A stretch of DNA of 64,000 nt from the human T2T-CHM13v2.0 reference genome, Homo sapiens: NCBI RefSeq assembly GCF_009914755.1, contig NC_060946.1; one strand, given 5' to 3'. The notes beneath the pieces were generated by a model that was not told where the DNA came from, ran no database searches, and saw only the letters and a program-made list of their open reading frames with translations. Below, in pieces: positions 13,410-26,525 of the stretch. Both the position numbers and the translations under genes were made by a program. Position 1 is the stretch's first letter, and the number at the start of each line of letters is the position of its first letter.

Positions 13410-13895
13410 CAGAGGGCTGAACAAGGGTCCCGAAAGGGGACCTACATCAGGTCTGAATTCCTGGCCCCTGTAAATGCCACCTTATGTGGCAAAAAGGACT
13501 CTGAAGATGTGATGACATCGAGAAGCTTGAGCTGGGGAGATCTTCCTGGATTATCTAGATGCATCCTAAGGATGACATCACAGGCATCCTTACAAGAGGG
13601 GGGCCGAAGGAGAGGTCCTACAGAAGAAGAGAGGGCAGTATGGCGGCTGAAGCGAGGTGCCATGCTGGGGCTTGAAGAAGGAGGAAGCGGCTGTGGGCCA
13701 AGGAACTTCAATCCAGAAGCTGGAGAAGCAAGAAACAAATTATCTCCTAAAGCCTCCAATAGGAGTCAGTCCTGCCGATGCCTCGATTTCAGCTCATTGA
13801 CGTGGATTTCAGATTTCTGACCTCCAAACCTAGGGGAGCGAGTGTGCGTGGCTTTAAGGCAGCCAGCTTGGGGTAATTTGTCATGGCAGCATAGG
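13410..13895 (+). mobile_element. MLT1 (MaLR) solo LTR, MLT1D-like
   Basis: ccttatgtggcaaaaaggactctg...cctggattatc...gaagctggagaagcaagaaaca...ggtaatttgtcatggcagcatagg. Confidence 0.85.
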
Positions 13896-15176
13896 TGGGT
13901 GTCACACACTCCTGCCTGGCCCCTTCTCCTCATGTGGGAAGAAGTGGCCGGGACACCTGTGCCTCCTCTGGGCCATGGACAGGCACCTGGAGCTGCTCTC
14001 CTGCTGGGTGGGGCCTCCCAGCTTTCCAAGCCCTGCTCGTCCTTCGTAAGTCCATGGGCCAAGTCCTCGGCATTGTAAATTAAACTCTAAGGACAGCATT
14101 GGCTTCTTCCCTGACTCGGAGGCTGTGACTCTCACAAAGCCCAGGGTAGGGGGAGGTGGCCCCTGTCCCCAGACCGCATGGCCTCGGTGGATGCCACCCT
14201 GTCTCTACCATCACTACCCAACAGCAAAAGCTATGTGTTCCTTTGACAACGATGTCACAGTGAGCTTGCTTCTGTGTCTTAGTCATTAACCTTAGGACTG
14301 TCTTCTCCTTCTGGCCATTAAACTTTCTATTTACCAGATTATTCTCAATCGATGTCATGACGAGCAAAAATCGACGTAGTTAGACATGTGCGCAGATGTG
14401 TCCAGGCACTTATTTCTTTTGAATTTGTTGCATGAGTAAAAGGACCACACAGAGCCAGGCTTATATTTCTCGAGGTTACCATCATATGTATATTTGCTAC
14501 CTGCAGAAGGAAAGGTCTTAAAAAGCCACAGTCATCTTCATTTCTATTGGAAGTAACCTGACTGTTAGTGAAAAGCTGGGTTATCTGTCCACCTATCTGA
14601 GCAGTCTGACCCTGCCAGGAACACTGGCTTGGCCCTTCCAAGGCTGCAGCATGGTGGGAAGGGAGGCCCTGGTGCCTGAGTGATGAGGGTCATGGCAAAT
14701 TTCACAAACAACTGTCCCCTAGAATCACACTGAAATATCTGGGTTCCTTCCACCGGGTCCTTTACTTCTCCTCCTAGCTGCCAACGCGATCTGTCCACTA
14801 TTAACAGCTCAGCAGATGGTGCATAAAATAGGAAGCCATTTCCAAAACTACATAAACTCCCCAACTCTGAGAGGCACATAAAGTCTGATTAATCATCTGG
14901 AACAGAAGCTTCAACCTCCAGCTCATCGAAAATGTGATTATTTCTGTCCATGTTTGAATATTTTCTGGAATAGCAAGAACATGCATATCCAGGAGATGAC
15001 AGCTTCTGGCTGGGCGAGAATGGAGAGCGATTCCCCTCCGCTGGCCCATCGTGAGGGCTGCCCCTGAATCCTCATTTCTTTCTCACTTCTCTCTTTTTTG
15101 TTAACCACCTACGAATGCCCCGGCCAAGCTCAGTGTGTGCCTCGTGGAGAGCACACAACATATAGTTTAGCGCTTG

Positions 15177-15566
15177 CCAGTCTCCCGAGGCTGCTGTAAT
15201 AAATTATCATGAGAAATGTATTCTTTCACAGATTTGGAGGCCAGAAGGCAGTACTCCCTCCAAACGCTCCAGGGAGAATCCTTCCTGCCCTGCCCAGCAT
15301 CTGGTGGCTTGGCGTTCCTGGGCTTGTGCTAGTGCCGCATCCGTCTCTCCTCCGTCTTCAGGAGGACTTCTTCTCTGTGTCCCACCTCTTCACCTCTCTC
15401 TCTCTCTCTTCGCCTGGTAAGGACGCATGTCATTGAATCTAGGGCTCACCCTAATCCAGGACGATCTCATCCTGAGATCCTCAACTTCATTACATCCACA
15501 GAGACGTGACTGCCAGATAAAATCACCTTCACAGATTCTTTAAGGGGCCACTACTCAGCCCCTACA
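15177..15566 (-). mobile_element. MLT1 solo LTR
   Basis: ggctgctgtaataaattatca...ggaggccagaag...ccctaatccaggacgatctcatcctgagatcct...ctcagcccctaca. Confidence 0.8.
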
Positions 15567-15794
15567 GCATCCAATCTAGTCAGCCTGCTGTTGCTGGCCC
15601 AGATGCATTTACTTCTTGGAGAAGAAAATTACCATCATGTTTAAAAAAGTGAATATGCACGGCTGTGGGTGAGCATAAGGAGCCCCGAGTTGGATTCTGA
15701 GAGGAGGCACCTGGCTGACTCCTGCAGGGGCTGTGTGTTTCACTCTAGCTCCTGGACGTTGGCCACCACCACCCGGCGTCAGTGTCCTCATGCA

Positions 15795-16530
15795 GGACTG
15801 GGGTGCCTTGAACAACCGAACTTTATTCTCTCAAAGTCCCAGAGGCTGGAAGTCCAAGATCACGGTGTTGGCAGGGTTGGTTTCTTCTGTGAACGTAAGT
15901 TATCTGAAAAGGAATTCAGAGGAAAGAGATTTTATTCCAGCAAACAATTTGCAAACCCGGGAGACACAACATTCCCTTCTGGAGAACAAAGGGAAGGCTC
16001 AGGTTTTATAACAGACCAGGTTCCCCATCAGGTCTGCTTATGCAAATGAAGGATTGAAATCCACTGAGTTCTGATTGGTTGAGGCAGGTGAGCTCTTGAT
16101 TGGTTGGTTCAGGTGAGCACTGGTGTCCCACAGCTGAATAGAGGTGGGGGTTTTCAAGGCACTCAGAGTACAAGTGTGACCTCTAGTCAGCAAAGTCTGT
16201 TTGGCTCTGTTTTAGGCCCAATTAGCCACTTGGGATCCATCTTGAAGGACTGGCTCCTTCAGGTTCACATTTGTGCACACTTTGAAGGCCTCTCTCCTGG
16301 CCTGGTAGATGCTGTCTTCTCCCTAGGCCTCACATGGGCATCCCTCTGTGGGTGTCTGTGTCCTCATCTCTTCTTCTTAGTCCTGTTGGGTTAGGTCCCA
16401 CTGTAAAACCTCATTTTACCTATTTAATTGCTTCCTTAAAGCCTCTAGCTCCAAATATGGTCACCATGTGAAGTACTGGGGGTTGGGACTTCAACATACA
16501 CGTTTGAGGGGCCATAATTCAGCCCCAAAC
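15795..16530 (-). mobile_element. MLT1 LTR split by an ERV1 LTR
   Basis: gaggctggaagtccaagatca...gggttggtttcttc [insert] aggcctctctcctgg...gggggttgggacttcaacatac. Confidence 0.8.
15888..16269 (-). mobile_element. ERV1 solo LTR, MER31/MER67-like
   Basis: Terminal inverted ends tgtgaac/gttcaca; reverse strand has caagatggatcccaagtggctaattgggcctaaa...ttgctgactagaggtcacac. Confidence 0.7.
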
Positions 16531-16958
16531 ATCCCCTAAAGCAATCCTACAAGTGTGTATCCTTGCTCCAAAATCACCTAACACGCATGAAGCCCCTGCT
16601 GGGGGCCTTCCTTGTGCTGGGGATGGAAGGCAAGGGAGCGAGGCATTCAGCCTCATTGGTGGCCTTAGTGGAGATGCCGTTGAATGATAGAGGCTGAGTG
16701 CACCAGCTGTCCCATGACCCACCCGTGGGGGTTCAAGGAAGGGAGGACCATCCTTGAGATGCCAGGTGTAGCCATCTGACCTCAGGAGAAGGCAGGGACA
16801 CACGCAGTGGTGCCAGCTGGTTATCTTACAGGCTCTGAGAAGTGCTGCAACGTAGGAAGAAAGAAGTTCCCAGATGTCACCTACTATCCCCCAGACCCAG
16901 ACCTTATCTCACAGTCCAGCTGGCAGCCTAAACAAGGACTGTTAGATTTTAAAAACAA

Positions 16959-17334
<376 letters not shown>

Positions 17335-17357
17335 TTACCGCTTTAATAGACTAAGTC

Positions 17358-17748
17358 TGCATTAGTCAGCTTGGTTGCAATAACAAACACCATTGGCTGG
17401 ATGGCTTTAACAACAGGGGTTGATTTCTCATAGCTCTGGAGACCAGGGAGTCCAAAATCAAAGGGCTGGTAAGGTAGGTTTTACTCTGAGGCCTCTTCTG
17501 TTGCTGGCTGGTTGGTGGCTGGCAGCTTGCTGCGTGCTCACATGACCTCTTCTTTGGGAGAGAATGAGAGCGTCCTCTGGTGTCTTTTCTTATAGGGGAC
17601 ACCAATCCTAGTGCGCCAGGGCCCCTCTTCATGACCTCATGTAACCTTCATTACTTCTGCAGAGGCCGTATCTCCAAGTGTGTTCTCATTGGGGGTTAGG
17701 GTTTTCAACAGATCCATTTTGAAGGAACATAACATTCAGTGTATAAAG
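17358..17748 (-). mobile_element. MLT1A-like solo LTR
   Basis: tgcattagtcagctt...atttctcatagctctggag...catgacctcatgtaacct...ttgggggttaggg...aacattcagt. Confidence 0.85.
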
Positions 17749-18846
17749 AATCCCAGGTATTGTATGGGACAAAATTATACTGAAAACATTCATTGTGTAC
17801 CTGAAATTTTGACTCTGAAATTAACACATCATCCTGTCTTTTTTCTGGCAGCCCTAACTTAAACGCAACCTTCATGCAAAAGGTCAGGCAGGACCCGGTG
17901 GTCAGAGACTCGGGCCCCTTAAGGGTTCCCCAAGTCCTGAATGTGGTGTCTGCTCAGCACGCACACCTCCCCATCCCCAGGTACTGGATGGCTTTCTGAA
18001 GAAGACCTCCTGTGAACACTGCTGGCTCAGCTTGTGTCTGTCTGGCGAGAATGTCCAGGCCTGAAAGCAGGTGCCTGCAGTGTGAGTCCCTGGTATGAGT
18101 CCCAGCTGCATGTTTTGAGAGAATGCACTTTTGAGGGTCTGTAGAGAGTTGCAGATATTATATGTGGATCTACCAACACAAGCATCTGGTCCACCACAAA
18201 CACCTGCGGATGTAAAGCCCCCTCACCCTGCGCAGACCCCTCCTGTGGAGAAGACTGAATGCACCCGCGTACCCAGCAGGCTGACACAGGGATGGATCGA
18301 TCGTCTTAGCAGCCTTTCCTCTAAATTCCAAAAGTATTTTTAGTCATAACCATGTTACAATATTGACCCACTGTTTAAGTTCTAAAAGAATTAACAATTT
18401 TCAAATAATAAATTTCCAAGATATCAGAACTCAATGAAATACTTCATGTGTGAGACAAAATTTGCATGTGCCAAATAAAATATTACACCACGAAGTTTGC
18501 AGGCTACTTCTCTGTTTCGGATTTTAAATGTGGGTAAAAACTTCAAGTGGCCACACAGAACCCCGGAGCTGCCGTGTTCCAGGGCCTCTTCTGTGCAGTC
18601 CCCGTGCCACGGCTGCTCACTGCAAATCAGCTCCTTGGACAGAAGCCAGTGCAGTGATGCAGAGCAAGGCCACTGATGCTCTGTAAGTCCCATACGCATG
18701 TGACCTTTGGCTTAAAATCAACCCATATGGCTGAGCCCACCTGCACTGGGGCCCACTGTATAACCAGAGTTTTTAAAAAATCAAATTTCATGTAGAAAAT
18801 AATGTTTGTTAAAGGTTGAATAATACAAATAAGTTAATTTTAAGTT

Positions 18847-19716
18847 GTATTAGTCAAGGTTCTCCAAAGAAACAGAACCAATAGGATAAACATGTGTGTA
18901 TGTGCATACACACACATCTCTCTATAGATTTATATATAGAGAGAGAGTGAGCTGGGGGAGAGAGAGAGAAAGGATGGGGAGAGGTTTATTATAAGGAAGT
19001 GGCAGCCGGGTGCAGTGACTCACACCTGTAATCCCAGAACTTTGGGAGGCCAAGGCGTGAGGATCACCTGAGGTTAGGAATTTGAGATAAACCTGGCCAG
19101 CGTGGCAAAACCCCATCTCTACTAAAAATACAAAAATTAGCCAGGCATAGTGGTGCACACCTATAGTCCCAGCTACTCAAGAGGCTAAGGCAGGAGAATC
19201 ACTTGAACCTGGGAGGCGGAGGTTTCAGCAAGCCAAGATCGCACCACTGCACTCCAGCCTGTGCAACAGAGTGAGACTCCATCTCAAAAAAAAAAATTAT
19301 AAAATAAATAAATAAATAAAAATAAGGAAGTGTCTCATGGGATTATGAAAACTGAGAAGCCTCATGATCTGCCATCGCAAGCTGGAGACCCCCAAGAGCT
19401 GGTAGTGTAACTTCCAGCCTGAGTCTGAAGGCCTGAGAGCCGGAAGAGCTGGCAGTGTAAACCGCAGTTCCCAAGGCAGGAGAAGAACAAGTTCCTGCTC
19501 TTGCTGGCAGAAGGAAACAAAAGAGAGGTGAATTCCTGCATCCTCAGCCTTTGTTCTTCTCAGGACCTCAAGGGATTGGAAGATCTCCACCCACTCTACC
19601 TCACTGAACCCACCCATTCACATGCAAATCTCCCCCAAACACCACCACAGAGACATCTAAAAGGAACATTTAATCTGGGCACCCAGTCAAGTCGACACAT
19701 GAAATTAACTAATACT
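18847..19716 (-). mobile_element. MLT2 (ERVL) LTR interrupted by an Alu
   Basis: tgtattagtcaaggttctccaaagaaacagaaccaatagga ... ccagtcaagtcgacacatgaaattaac. Confidence 0.9.
19004..19321 (+). mobile_element. AluSx-like
   Basis: Full dimer; TSD ataaggaagtggc 18991-19003 / ataaggaagtgtc 19322-19334. Confidence 0.95.
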
Positions 19717-20196
19717 GAGGTACATGTCTATTGACATATATTTGTATATATGCACACGCACGAGTGTACATGCATATGTCTGTGTATGTGAGTATATGTG
19801 TGTGATTAAAAACTCAGTGGTAAATAGAGAAATTGCTTAGAATGTAGACCAAGAAAGGTTTTTTTCACAAGTAAGGGATATTTTATTACTAGTAGTGTTC
19901 AAAATTGCCAATGAAAAGTGACAATAAAAAGCCTGCTGGCTTTTCCTGGGTTTTATAATGGGTGTTAAATTCTCTGCAGACAATATTCTCATTTAATGTC
20001 TATGCTGAAAGCTGCTGTTCCCACTGCCCTGGCCTTGGGGTGACACCCCTTTCCTACCTGTCCCCGGGCAACTCTCCAGATCTTTTGGGTCTTGAGTTGG
20101 GAGAGTCACCGATGTTCAGGGTGACCCAAAAAGCTAACTCTTCCAATCAGCCTAGGCTCCAGCCCTGCCTCAGTCACGGTCTCAGCATGCCAGGGT

Positions 20197-20442
20197 GGAT
20201 CCACTCATCCATCCACCCACCCACCCATCCACCCATCTATGCATCCGTTCTTCTACCCATCTACCCATTCATCCATTCAACCATCCAGCAACCCACCCAT
20301 CCACCCATCCATCCATCCATCAAACAACCATCTATCCATCAGTCCAACCATCCACCCATCTATATACCCATTCACTCATCCATATATGTATCCACTCACT
20401 CATTCACCCATCCATTTATTCATCCATCCCTCCATTCATCCA
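20197..20442. repeat. Degenerate (CCAT)n repeat
   Basis: Directly visible. Confidence 0.95.
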
Positions 20443-20667
20443 AGATTTGCTTAGAACTCTTTGTATTTGGCCAGTGAATTTAGGAATACACATTTATCAG
20501 TCCTAGCCTTGGAGAAGCCATCTAGTGGGAGGTGGGGAAATAGATTAATAAACAGATAGGTATGGCAAGACTCCCTGTTTTGTAAACTTTGTAAATGAAA
20601 GAGCCAAGCCTGGATTTCTTCTCATTGCATTCATTGATAATTATATGTTGAATGAATGAATGAGTGT

Positions 20668-20925
20668 AATGGGAGCGTCATAGCACAGTCTAAGGAGTAC
20701 AGGCTTGGGTCCAGATCCACCTAGGTTCAACATCCAGTTCTATGTAGCCCTGTGTAAATCCCCACCTTCCTTCTTGATCCTCAGTGTTCTTATCTATAAA
20801 ATGAGAATGAAAAATGCATACTTTTCAGTGTAATTTCAAGCATTAGAATGACATGTGTGAAGAGGCATCTTTACCACTCAATAGTCACTGGTGGTAGTGG
20901 CCAATTATCATAACAATAAAGGGCA
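20668..20925 (+). mobile_element. MIR
   Basis: catagcacagtctaaggagtacaggcttgg...cctaggttcaacatccagttct...cctcagtgttcttatctataaaatgagaat. Confidence 0.8.
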
Positions 20926-21448
20926 CTGTAGGATCTGAAGGATGCGAAGAGATCAATGAACAATCTTGGGACCAGTCAGCTCTGGGCAGCGAGTGGAAGG
21001 GACAGGGTCCAGTCTGAAGGTGGAGCTGAGGGTTGCACTTGAGTCTGGAGCTAAGAGTGTGGAACTAGGGGTTTAAACCAGGATGTGAGTAGTTTTAGAG
21101 CAGATAACAGGAGGGCTGGAAGGCACTTAGGCAAGATCTTGGGACAAAAACCCATGTTTCCATGTGTCTGTAGAAACATGCAGGTTCATTCTGCATCCAA
21201 GAAGCGAGTACTGGACAAGGAGCCAGAAGGCCCCTCAGCTTGACAACACGTGACCTCCCCATAGCATGGATGGCCAAGACTGATGATGTCCTAAGCCAAT
21301 TCCAGTGATCTCTCAGAGGCTGCCTGGAGTCTCTCCGAGGCTCCAGTGATCACTCCAGGGATCTCTCGGAGCCCAAAACAGAGGATCTGAAATGCAATCA
21401 GCACTCAGTGGGAAAAGGCACCGAGAGTGATCAGCAATGTCTGCCACC

Positions 21449-22087
21449 AGCAGAGGTGGACAAAGCAGTGCACAGAGGTGGACAAACTCATGAGCTGGAG
21501 TAGACAAAGTCAAGAGAAGAGGTGAATAAAGTCATGCACAGAGGGGGACAAAGCTATGGGCAGAGGTGGACAAAGCCAATGAGCAGGGTTGAACAAAGCC
21601 ATGTGTAGAGGTGAACAAAGCGATGAGCCGGGGTGGACAACGTTATGAGCGGGGTGGACAAAGCCATGAGAAGAGGGGAATGAAGCTGTGAGGAGGGGTA
21701 GTTAAAGTTATGAGCAGGGGTGGGCAAAGTCACGAGAAGAGGTGAATGAAGCCATGTGCAGGGGTGGACAAAGCCATGCACAGATGTGAACACAGTCTTG
21801 ACTGGGGATGGACAAAACCGTGAGCAGAGGTAGATAAAGCCAGGTGCAGAGACGGACAAAAGCATGAGAAGAGATGGAGAAAACCACGCACAGGGGCAGA
21901 CAAAGCCATAAGCAGAGGTGGACAAAACCATGTACAGATGTGAACACAGCCATGACTGGGGATGGACAAAGCCATGAGCAGGGGTAGATAAAGCCAGGTG
22001 CAGAGACAGACAAAAGCCTGAGAAGAGATGGACAAAACCATGCACAGGGGCAGACAAAGTCATGTGCAGAGAGGGACAAAGCCATGA
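21449..22087. repeat. 22-bp minisatellite (about 29 units, consensus gagcagaggtggacaaagccat) with a 154-bp higher-order repeat
   Basis: Period read directly; variant cagatgtgaacacag at 21781 and 21935. Confidence 0.93.
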
Positions 22088-22367
22088 TGTGTGGGCTCTT
22101 TTCCATCCATCAGAACTCAAGGCCTTGGCAAATGTATAAATTCAACACCTTGTGATCCCAGAGAATTAGCCCCTCATGATCACACTCAGAGTGACAAATC
22201 TCACATGGGCTGAAGAAAAATAAAATGACAGTTAGCCTGAGGGGCTAAACCACTGCCTTCTCCTACCCAAAGCCCCCGCTACGCACACTGAAGTGTAATC
22301 ACCACAGTCATGCTGAGAATGCTGCTGAGAGGCTACAGAATCAGGGCACGGTGGGGAGGGGCACTGT

Positions 22368-22874
22368 GGTGATGGCTGATTTCATGTGTCCACTTGCCTG
22401 GGCCATAGGGTGCCCAGACGGCTGGCGAGCCATTATTTCTGGGTGTGTTTGTGAGGGAGTTTCCTCAAGAGATGAGTATTTGAATCAGGGGACAAGGTAA
22501 AGAAGACCCTTCCTCCCTACTGTAGGTGGACACCATCCAATCCACTTAGGGCCCCCATAGAATAAACAGGCAGGGGCAGGGAGAATCCTCTCTCTCTTCT
22601 TGAGCTGGGACTCCACCTTCTCCTGCCCTAGGACATCTGTTCTCCTGCTTCTCAGGCCTCTGGACTCAGGGACTCACACAGCACTTTCCGTCTCACAGTT
22701 CTGAGGCTTTCAGGCTCAGACTGAATTAAGCCACCAGCTTCCCTGCTTCTCCAGCTTGCAGACAGCACGGCGTGGGACTTAGCCTCCGCATGAGCCAATT
22801 CCCATAATAAATCTCCTCTTAAGTCTCTACATATCCTATTGGTTCTGTTTCCCTGGAGAACCCTGACTAATCCA
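22368..22874 (+). mobile_element. MLT2 solo LTR
   Basis: gtgatggctgatttcatgtgtccacttg...gggtgcccaga...cctattggttctgtttccctggagaaccctgactaat. Confidence 0.92.
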
Positions 22875-23254
22875 CTTGTATTGGATCACATTTCATGGAG
22901 GCTACCACTGGCACGCGGAGAGCAAGGCCCAGAAGGAGGGGGCCTCGAGCGGGGGCTCTCACGCCTCCGGTTGCATCAAGCAATCAAGCTGGAAACCTGC
23001 AACCACCTCTGGCCTCCGGACTCAGCCTTCCTCTCTTGGCCCCTGACATCCCACAACACATTTCTTCTTAGACCTGTGTGTCCAAGGATCTAAATGCCCT
23101 CAAGTTGTGCTTCTGTGGACTGAGAACATCTCCCTTCTCCATCGGGAAGCTGGTTCTAGCTACCCTTCTCAGGCAACCACTTTTCCTCTTATTTTTAGGT
23201 TATTTCTCCCCATCTCTGCATTTCATTCACACTGCCTGGTAACTGACTGTTACC

Positions 23255-23385
23255 ATCTCTTTTCCTGACCAGACTCTGAGGTCTTCAATGGCAAAGGCTG
23301 GGTTTTATCTGCCTCTGAATTTCCGGGCCCCACGCAGGATTCCTGGCCACATGGATGGGCTGTGGGCTGAGTGCTTCTGTGGCTG
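23255..23385 (+). mobile_element. L2 3' fragment
   Basis: ccagactctgaggtcttcaatggcaaaggctggg...gcaggattcctggccacatgg. Confidence 0.5.
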
Positions 23386-23929
23386 ATTAACTCGACACAA
23401 TATAAACACTCCTGGTTCACAAGTGAAGCGCCTTGCTCCCAGCTTGCTTCATCTGTTCCTTTGTTCCTCTGACAAAGACTGAGCTGCCCGCACAAACACC
23501 ATGGGAGAAGGTGTGAGCTCCCAGGGGAGGAAAGACATGTCCTTCACCACCACTCAGGTGGTGGGGAGTGCAGAGCAGAAATCGCTTCGCTAACGTGTGC
23601 TGAGCACCTGGGAGGTGTCCTGCACATGAGGTATCTGACCTGGCCTGGAGGTTGGGCAAGTTGGACATCACCCCGAGGCTTGCTTTCCACCTGAACTCCT
23701 CCCTTACCTGCATGTACGTGGTTGGACCCCACTGCTTGGGTCTCCTCCCCAGCAGAGAACAAGAACAGCCAAGGATTTCCTGCTTTAAGAGTGGGAGTTA
23801 AAAGCTTGTCATTGTAATATACTACAGAAACAAACTAGTGTTATTGGCAAGAGGTAAGGAGACATTTCTAGCCCAGGAATAAGTATATTAGTTTGCATTT
23901 ATGTGGTGTTGCCTTTTATCCCCTCGTGT

Positions 23930-24085
23930 TCAAACTGCTTTGACAGTGATGACCTCATTTGTCCTCACAACATCCCCATGGGACAGGAAAGGTCTCTCAC
24001 CAGGAGCAATCAGGGAAATCATAGAACAGAGAGGTCCAGTGCCTGCCTCACAATCACACAGCTCATTAACAACACCAGGACCCCC
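23930..24085 (-). mobile_element. MIR fragment
   Basis: gacctcatttgtcctcacaacatccccatggga...cagagaggtccagtgcctgcc...tcacacagct. Confidence 0.6.
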
Positions 24086-24427
24086 TCATCACGCCTGTAC
24101 GTGGCCTCCTGTAAGCCTGGCGTCTCTGCAGTGAATATTAACACAGCTTCCTTCTGTGGTGTCTTGGAGGCAGCTGGGTTGAAGAGCTCTTAGGAAACAT
24201 TCATTCCTCCTGTCCCACCACAGGCTGTCCTGTGGGTGGAAGATGACGTTCTCCTGGTCTTTCATCTTCTAAAGGGGGCTCTGTTTTGGGTGACAGCCTC
24301 ACCCAGTTGTATGAACTGCTGCAGGGGCATTAAGGATCATTCCCCTTTGTAAAAAACGTATCCCTGATTTATATACACAGGGGGGCTGGGGAAGAGAGGG
24401 GGCTTGAAGTTAGATGCACAAATGCTG

Positions 24428-24540
24428 ATGTGTGAGCATGTGTGTGCATGTGTGTTTGTATGTGTGCATGTGTGTGTGCGTGTGTTTGTGTATGTGCATT
24501 TGTGTGTGTGCATGTGCCTGTGTGCATGCATGTGTGTGCA
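24428..24540. repeat. (TG)n/(TGCA) simple repeat
   Basis: Directly visible. Confidence 0.9.
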
Positions 24541-24589
24541 CCTCCCACTCCCCACCCAAAATGAGCACGCCGGGCTGCATGAGCTTCAT

Positions 24590-25017
24590 GTGTCTGTCGG
24601 CACAAAGTACCACAAACCAGGTGGCATAAAACGACACAAATGCATCCTCACAGTTCTGGAGGCCAAAAGTCCAAAATCAAGGTGCCAGCAGGGCGGGGCT
24701 CTCCCTGGAGGGTCTAAGGGAGGATCCTTCCTGCTTCTGCTTTTCCAGCTTCTGGTGGCCCCGGACATTCCTGATACGTGGCTGCATCACTCCAGTCTCT
24801 GCCTCCATCTTCTTCTCTGTGGCTTCTCCCATAGCTTTTCCAGTGTGTGTGCGCATGTGTGTGTGTGTGTGTGTGTATCTCTGAGTCTCTTTTCTTCTTA
24901 TAAAGACACCAGTCGTATTGGACTCAGGGTTTGTCCTAGTCCAAACAAGGTCATATTGATAGGTATCGGGGATAGGATTTGAACACATCTCTTTGGGAGC
25001 CACAGTTTAACTATAAC
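24590..25017 (-). mobile_element. MLT1 solo LTR with internal (TG)n at 24843-24877
   Basis: caaagtaccacaaacca...tcacagttctggaggccaaaagtccaaaatcaaggtg...cttataaagacaccagtcgtattgga. Confidence 0.88.
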
Positions 25018-25059
25018 ATGGAGGACGAGAGGAGAAGGGAAGAAAATCACCCTCTAACA

Positions 25060-25235
25060 GCAACCCCGTCATGGGCCAGATGCCATCCTGGAGTGTCCAC
25101 CTGTCCATCAGTGCATCACAGGATGACAATGGTGAGCCCAGTTTTCATATGAGGAGACAAAAGCCCAGAGATCCACTGACTCTACACAGTCACTGGAATT
25201 TGGAGGTAGGGCCAGGTCTACGAGCCTAGTGTCTC
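25060..25235 (-). mobile_element. MIR fragment
   Basis: cccagttttcatatgaggagacaaaagcccagaga. Confidence 0.5.
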
Positions 25236-25865
25236 GACCACATGACCCAGTATCTTCTCTTCCCAGAGCAAAGCTCCTTCACTTGGATGTCCCCCCAGGG
25301 CCAATGTGATCAGAAAGAAAGCCATGGAACCATAGAAGAAATAGTGTTTTCTACCCCACCAGCCTCAGTCCATGCCCGGGAGGGAAGGTGCAGGACCCAC
25401 CTTGACCCCAGGCTCGGCCCTGTGTGCTGCTTTGCATTTAGTCCCTGATGTGTTTTCCTTTGTTGTGCTTGGAGGGTTTTGTGGGGTCAGTGTGTGATCA
25501 TCTATGGGAGAGTCCTTCTGCCATTGAACTCTGGATGGTACAGCCTTTGCACCATTATCTCGTGGTGCAGGAAATGGAGGAAATGAGAGGAGAGACACAA
25601 ACCTTGCCTGAAGTCTCAGGGGAGCAGGTGGCAGAGAAGGCTGGCCCCTAAGAACTACCTGACACCCCAACTCCTGCCTGTTTTGCTTGACGAGGCTTCC
25701 TCCCCATCACGATCCTCAGGCCACTGGGACGATTCAAGTGGGAGCCAGGGCTTCAGAGAGCACCATGGAGAAGCCAAAGCTCCACCACACCCCAGCTTCT
25801 GTTCTTCAGCACGGACCACACACACAGCGAGTAACTGGCAGGCAGGTGCACCTGACTGAAGCCCC

Positions 25866-26525
25866 TATTATGGGCTGGATTGTGTCCCCCCAAAACATAC
25901 GTTAAACTCCTGAGATGCAGTACCTGTGAATGTGACCTTATTTGGAGATAGGACCTTTAAAGATGTAATCAGGCGGGTGGATCACCTGAGGTCAGGAATT
26001 CGAGACCAGCCTGGCGAAACCCTGTCTCTACTAAAAAAACAAAAATTAGCTGGGCCAGGTGTTGCATGCCTGTAGTCCCAGCTACTTGGAGAGACTGAGG
26101 CAGGAGAATTGCTTGAACCTGGGAGGCAGAGGTTGCGGTGAGCCAAGATCGCGCCATTGCATTCCAGCCTGGGAGACAGAGTGAGATTCTGTCTCAAAGA
26201 AAAAAAAAGAAATCATCAAGTAAAATGAGGTCATCAGGGTATGCCCTAACCCAAAGAGTGTGTCCTTATATGAAGAGAAAATACCTCATGAAGACAGACT
26301 TGCTGGGAGGAGGCCACGTGGAGACAGAGGCAGAGACTGGAGTGATGAAGCCACAAACACCACAGACGCCGCAGCCACCAGGAGAGGAGGGGAGCGAGAA
26401 GGGGCCGACCCTGTCAACACCCCGATTTCTGACTTCTGGCCCCCATGACCGTGAGGGATCAAATGCCCACTGTTTCAAGCCACTGAGCTGGGAGTCATTT
26501 GCTACAGCGGCTGCAAGAAACGCAT
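25866..26525 (+). mobile_element. MLT1B/C-like LTR interrupted by an Alu
   Basis: tatgggctggattgtgtccccc...gtacctgtgaatgtgaccttatttggagatagg...gaggcagagactggagtgatg...tttcaagccac. Confidence 0.88.
25971..26210 (+). mobile_element. 5'-truncated AluS
   Basis: Starts at aggcgggtggatcacctgaggtcagg; small internal deletion (ctggcgaaacc); A-tail. Confidence 0.93.

Noticed and set aside
21449-22087. Regular repeat array superficially like CRISPR (also 60619-60802)
   Set aside because: Contiguous tandem units without unique spacers, no cas genes, and a primate genomic context.
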